Assembly: GCA_030390025.1 (NCBI GenBank)
Contig: JASTWF010000369.1
Span: 434,001 to 468,641, forward strand
Direction: 5' to 3'
Source of the DNA: Squalus acanthias
Lineage: Eukaryota
Length of the DNA: 34,641 nucleotides
Part shown: positions 33,948 to 34,641 of the stretch, piece after piece
Numbering within the stretch: the first letter of the stretch is position 1
Layout of the letters: every line of letters begins with the position of its first letter
Notes under the pieces: model-generated
Databases searched by the model: none
Told to the model about the DNA's origin: nothing
The model's input: the letters and a program-made list of their open reading frames with translations, nothing else
Made by a program: the position numbers and the translations under genes

Positions 33948-34641
33948 TTGGGCCAGAAATTCTGCTCCCTGGCTCCCGCGGGTACAAGGATCGCGCGCGC
34001 AGCTACCTACCGTGCCTGCCGTTGACCCTGGGCCCACAAGGAATTCGGGTCCTGGGCCTCCTTCAACTGCCGGAGCGCAGGGCTTGCTTATCCCAGGGGT
34101 GTAGTTAGTGCGATGCGTCCCCTGGGATCACGTGGGACATGGAGAGCCAATGGCATCAGACCATCTTTCATTCATAGATTTGACAGGAAGACCTGTAAAA
34201 TCTATGAATACAGATTGGTTCCAAATAATCCCTAAAACTACAAATACATTTAGAAAAAACATCTCATTTTTAAAATAACTATAAATTACATTAATTAAAC
34301 TCTTTTAAACAAAAATTTAAATTTTTGAATAAATTAATTACACTTTTTAAAGGGGTTAAAACTAAACTTACCTTTCTTTAAAGTAATTAAAAAAGATAAA
34401 TCTGTGAAACAAATGTTTACATTTTAATAAAATTAACACTTACCTTGTTAAAAGAAGGCCTTGCGCCTCCTTTTCAACATGTATCTTCTCCGTGTTTAAC
34501 TTCACGGAGGAACCTGTAAAAAAACCGAAGTGCATGCGCGACGCGCTGGCCCTCCGGCGTGCGCGTTCGACTCTGGACACCTTCCTTCAGGGAACGGAAG
34601 TGCCGGTTTCCGCGCATGCGCAGTGCATGCAAAAAAAACAA
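33948..34641 (-). mobile_element. Non-autonomous TIR element, family X copy 3 (more diverged; runs off the window end)
   Basis: Starts TTGGGCCAGAAATT; reverse complement shares GCATGCACTGCGCATGCGCGG, both AAGGTAAGT motifs, AAAGATGGT and CACGTGATCCCAG with copies 1 and 2. Confidence 0.85.

Overview
Repeat-rich eukaryotic DNA, most likely from a cartilaginous fish (inferred from the mix of CR1 LINEs with short tandem tails, Penelope-like elements, tRNA-SINEs and the type of GPCR). The only host gene is an apparently intact two-exon GPR139/GPR142-related class A GPCR (exon 1 1343-1412, exon 2 3202-4112, 326 aa); the ORF track misses exon 1. It lies in an old tandem duplication: ~1777-9210 is repeated at ~16755-33100. 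The second receptor copy is a pseudogene with no detectable exon 1, split by an inverted-repeat Penelope element and a full-length CR1 that itself contains a TIR element. Each copy shows the empty site for the other's insertions, so target duplications and insertion order can be read directly. Also notable: minimal hammerhead-ribozyme motifs in the Penelope 3' tails, an 869-codon uninterrupted CR1 ORF2, 76-bp GC-rich monomers in a CR1 5' UTR, and three copies of a ~750-bp hairpin-rich TIR element carrying conserved promoter motifs and splice donors. All alignments were by eye; no database searches were run.
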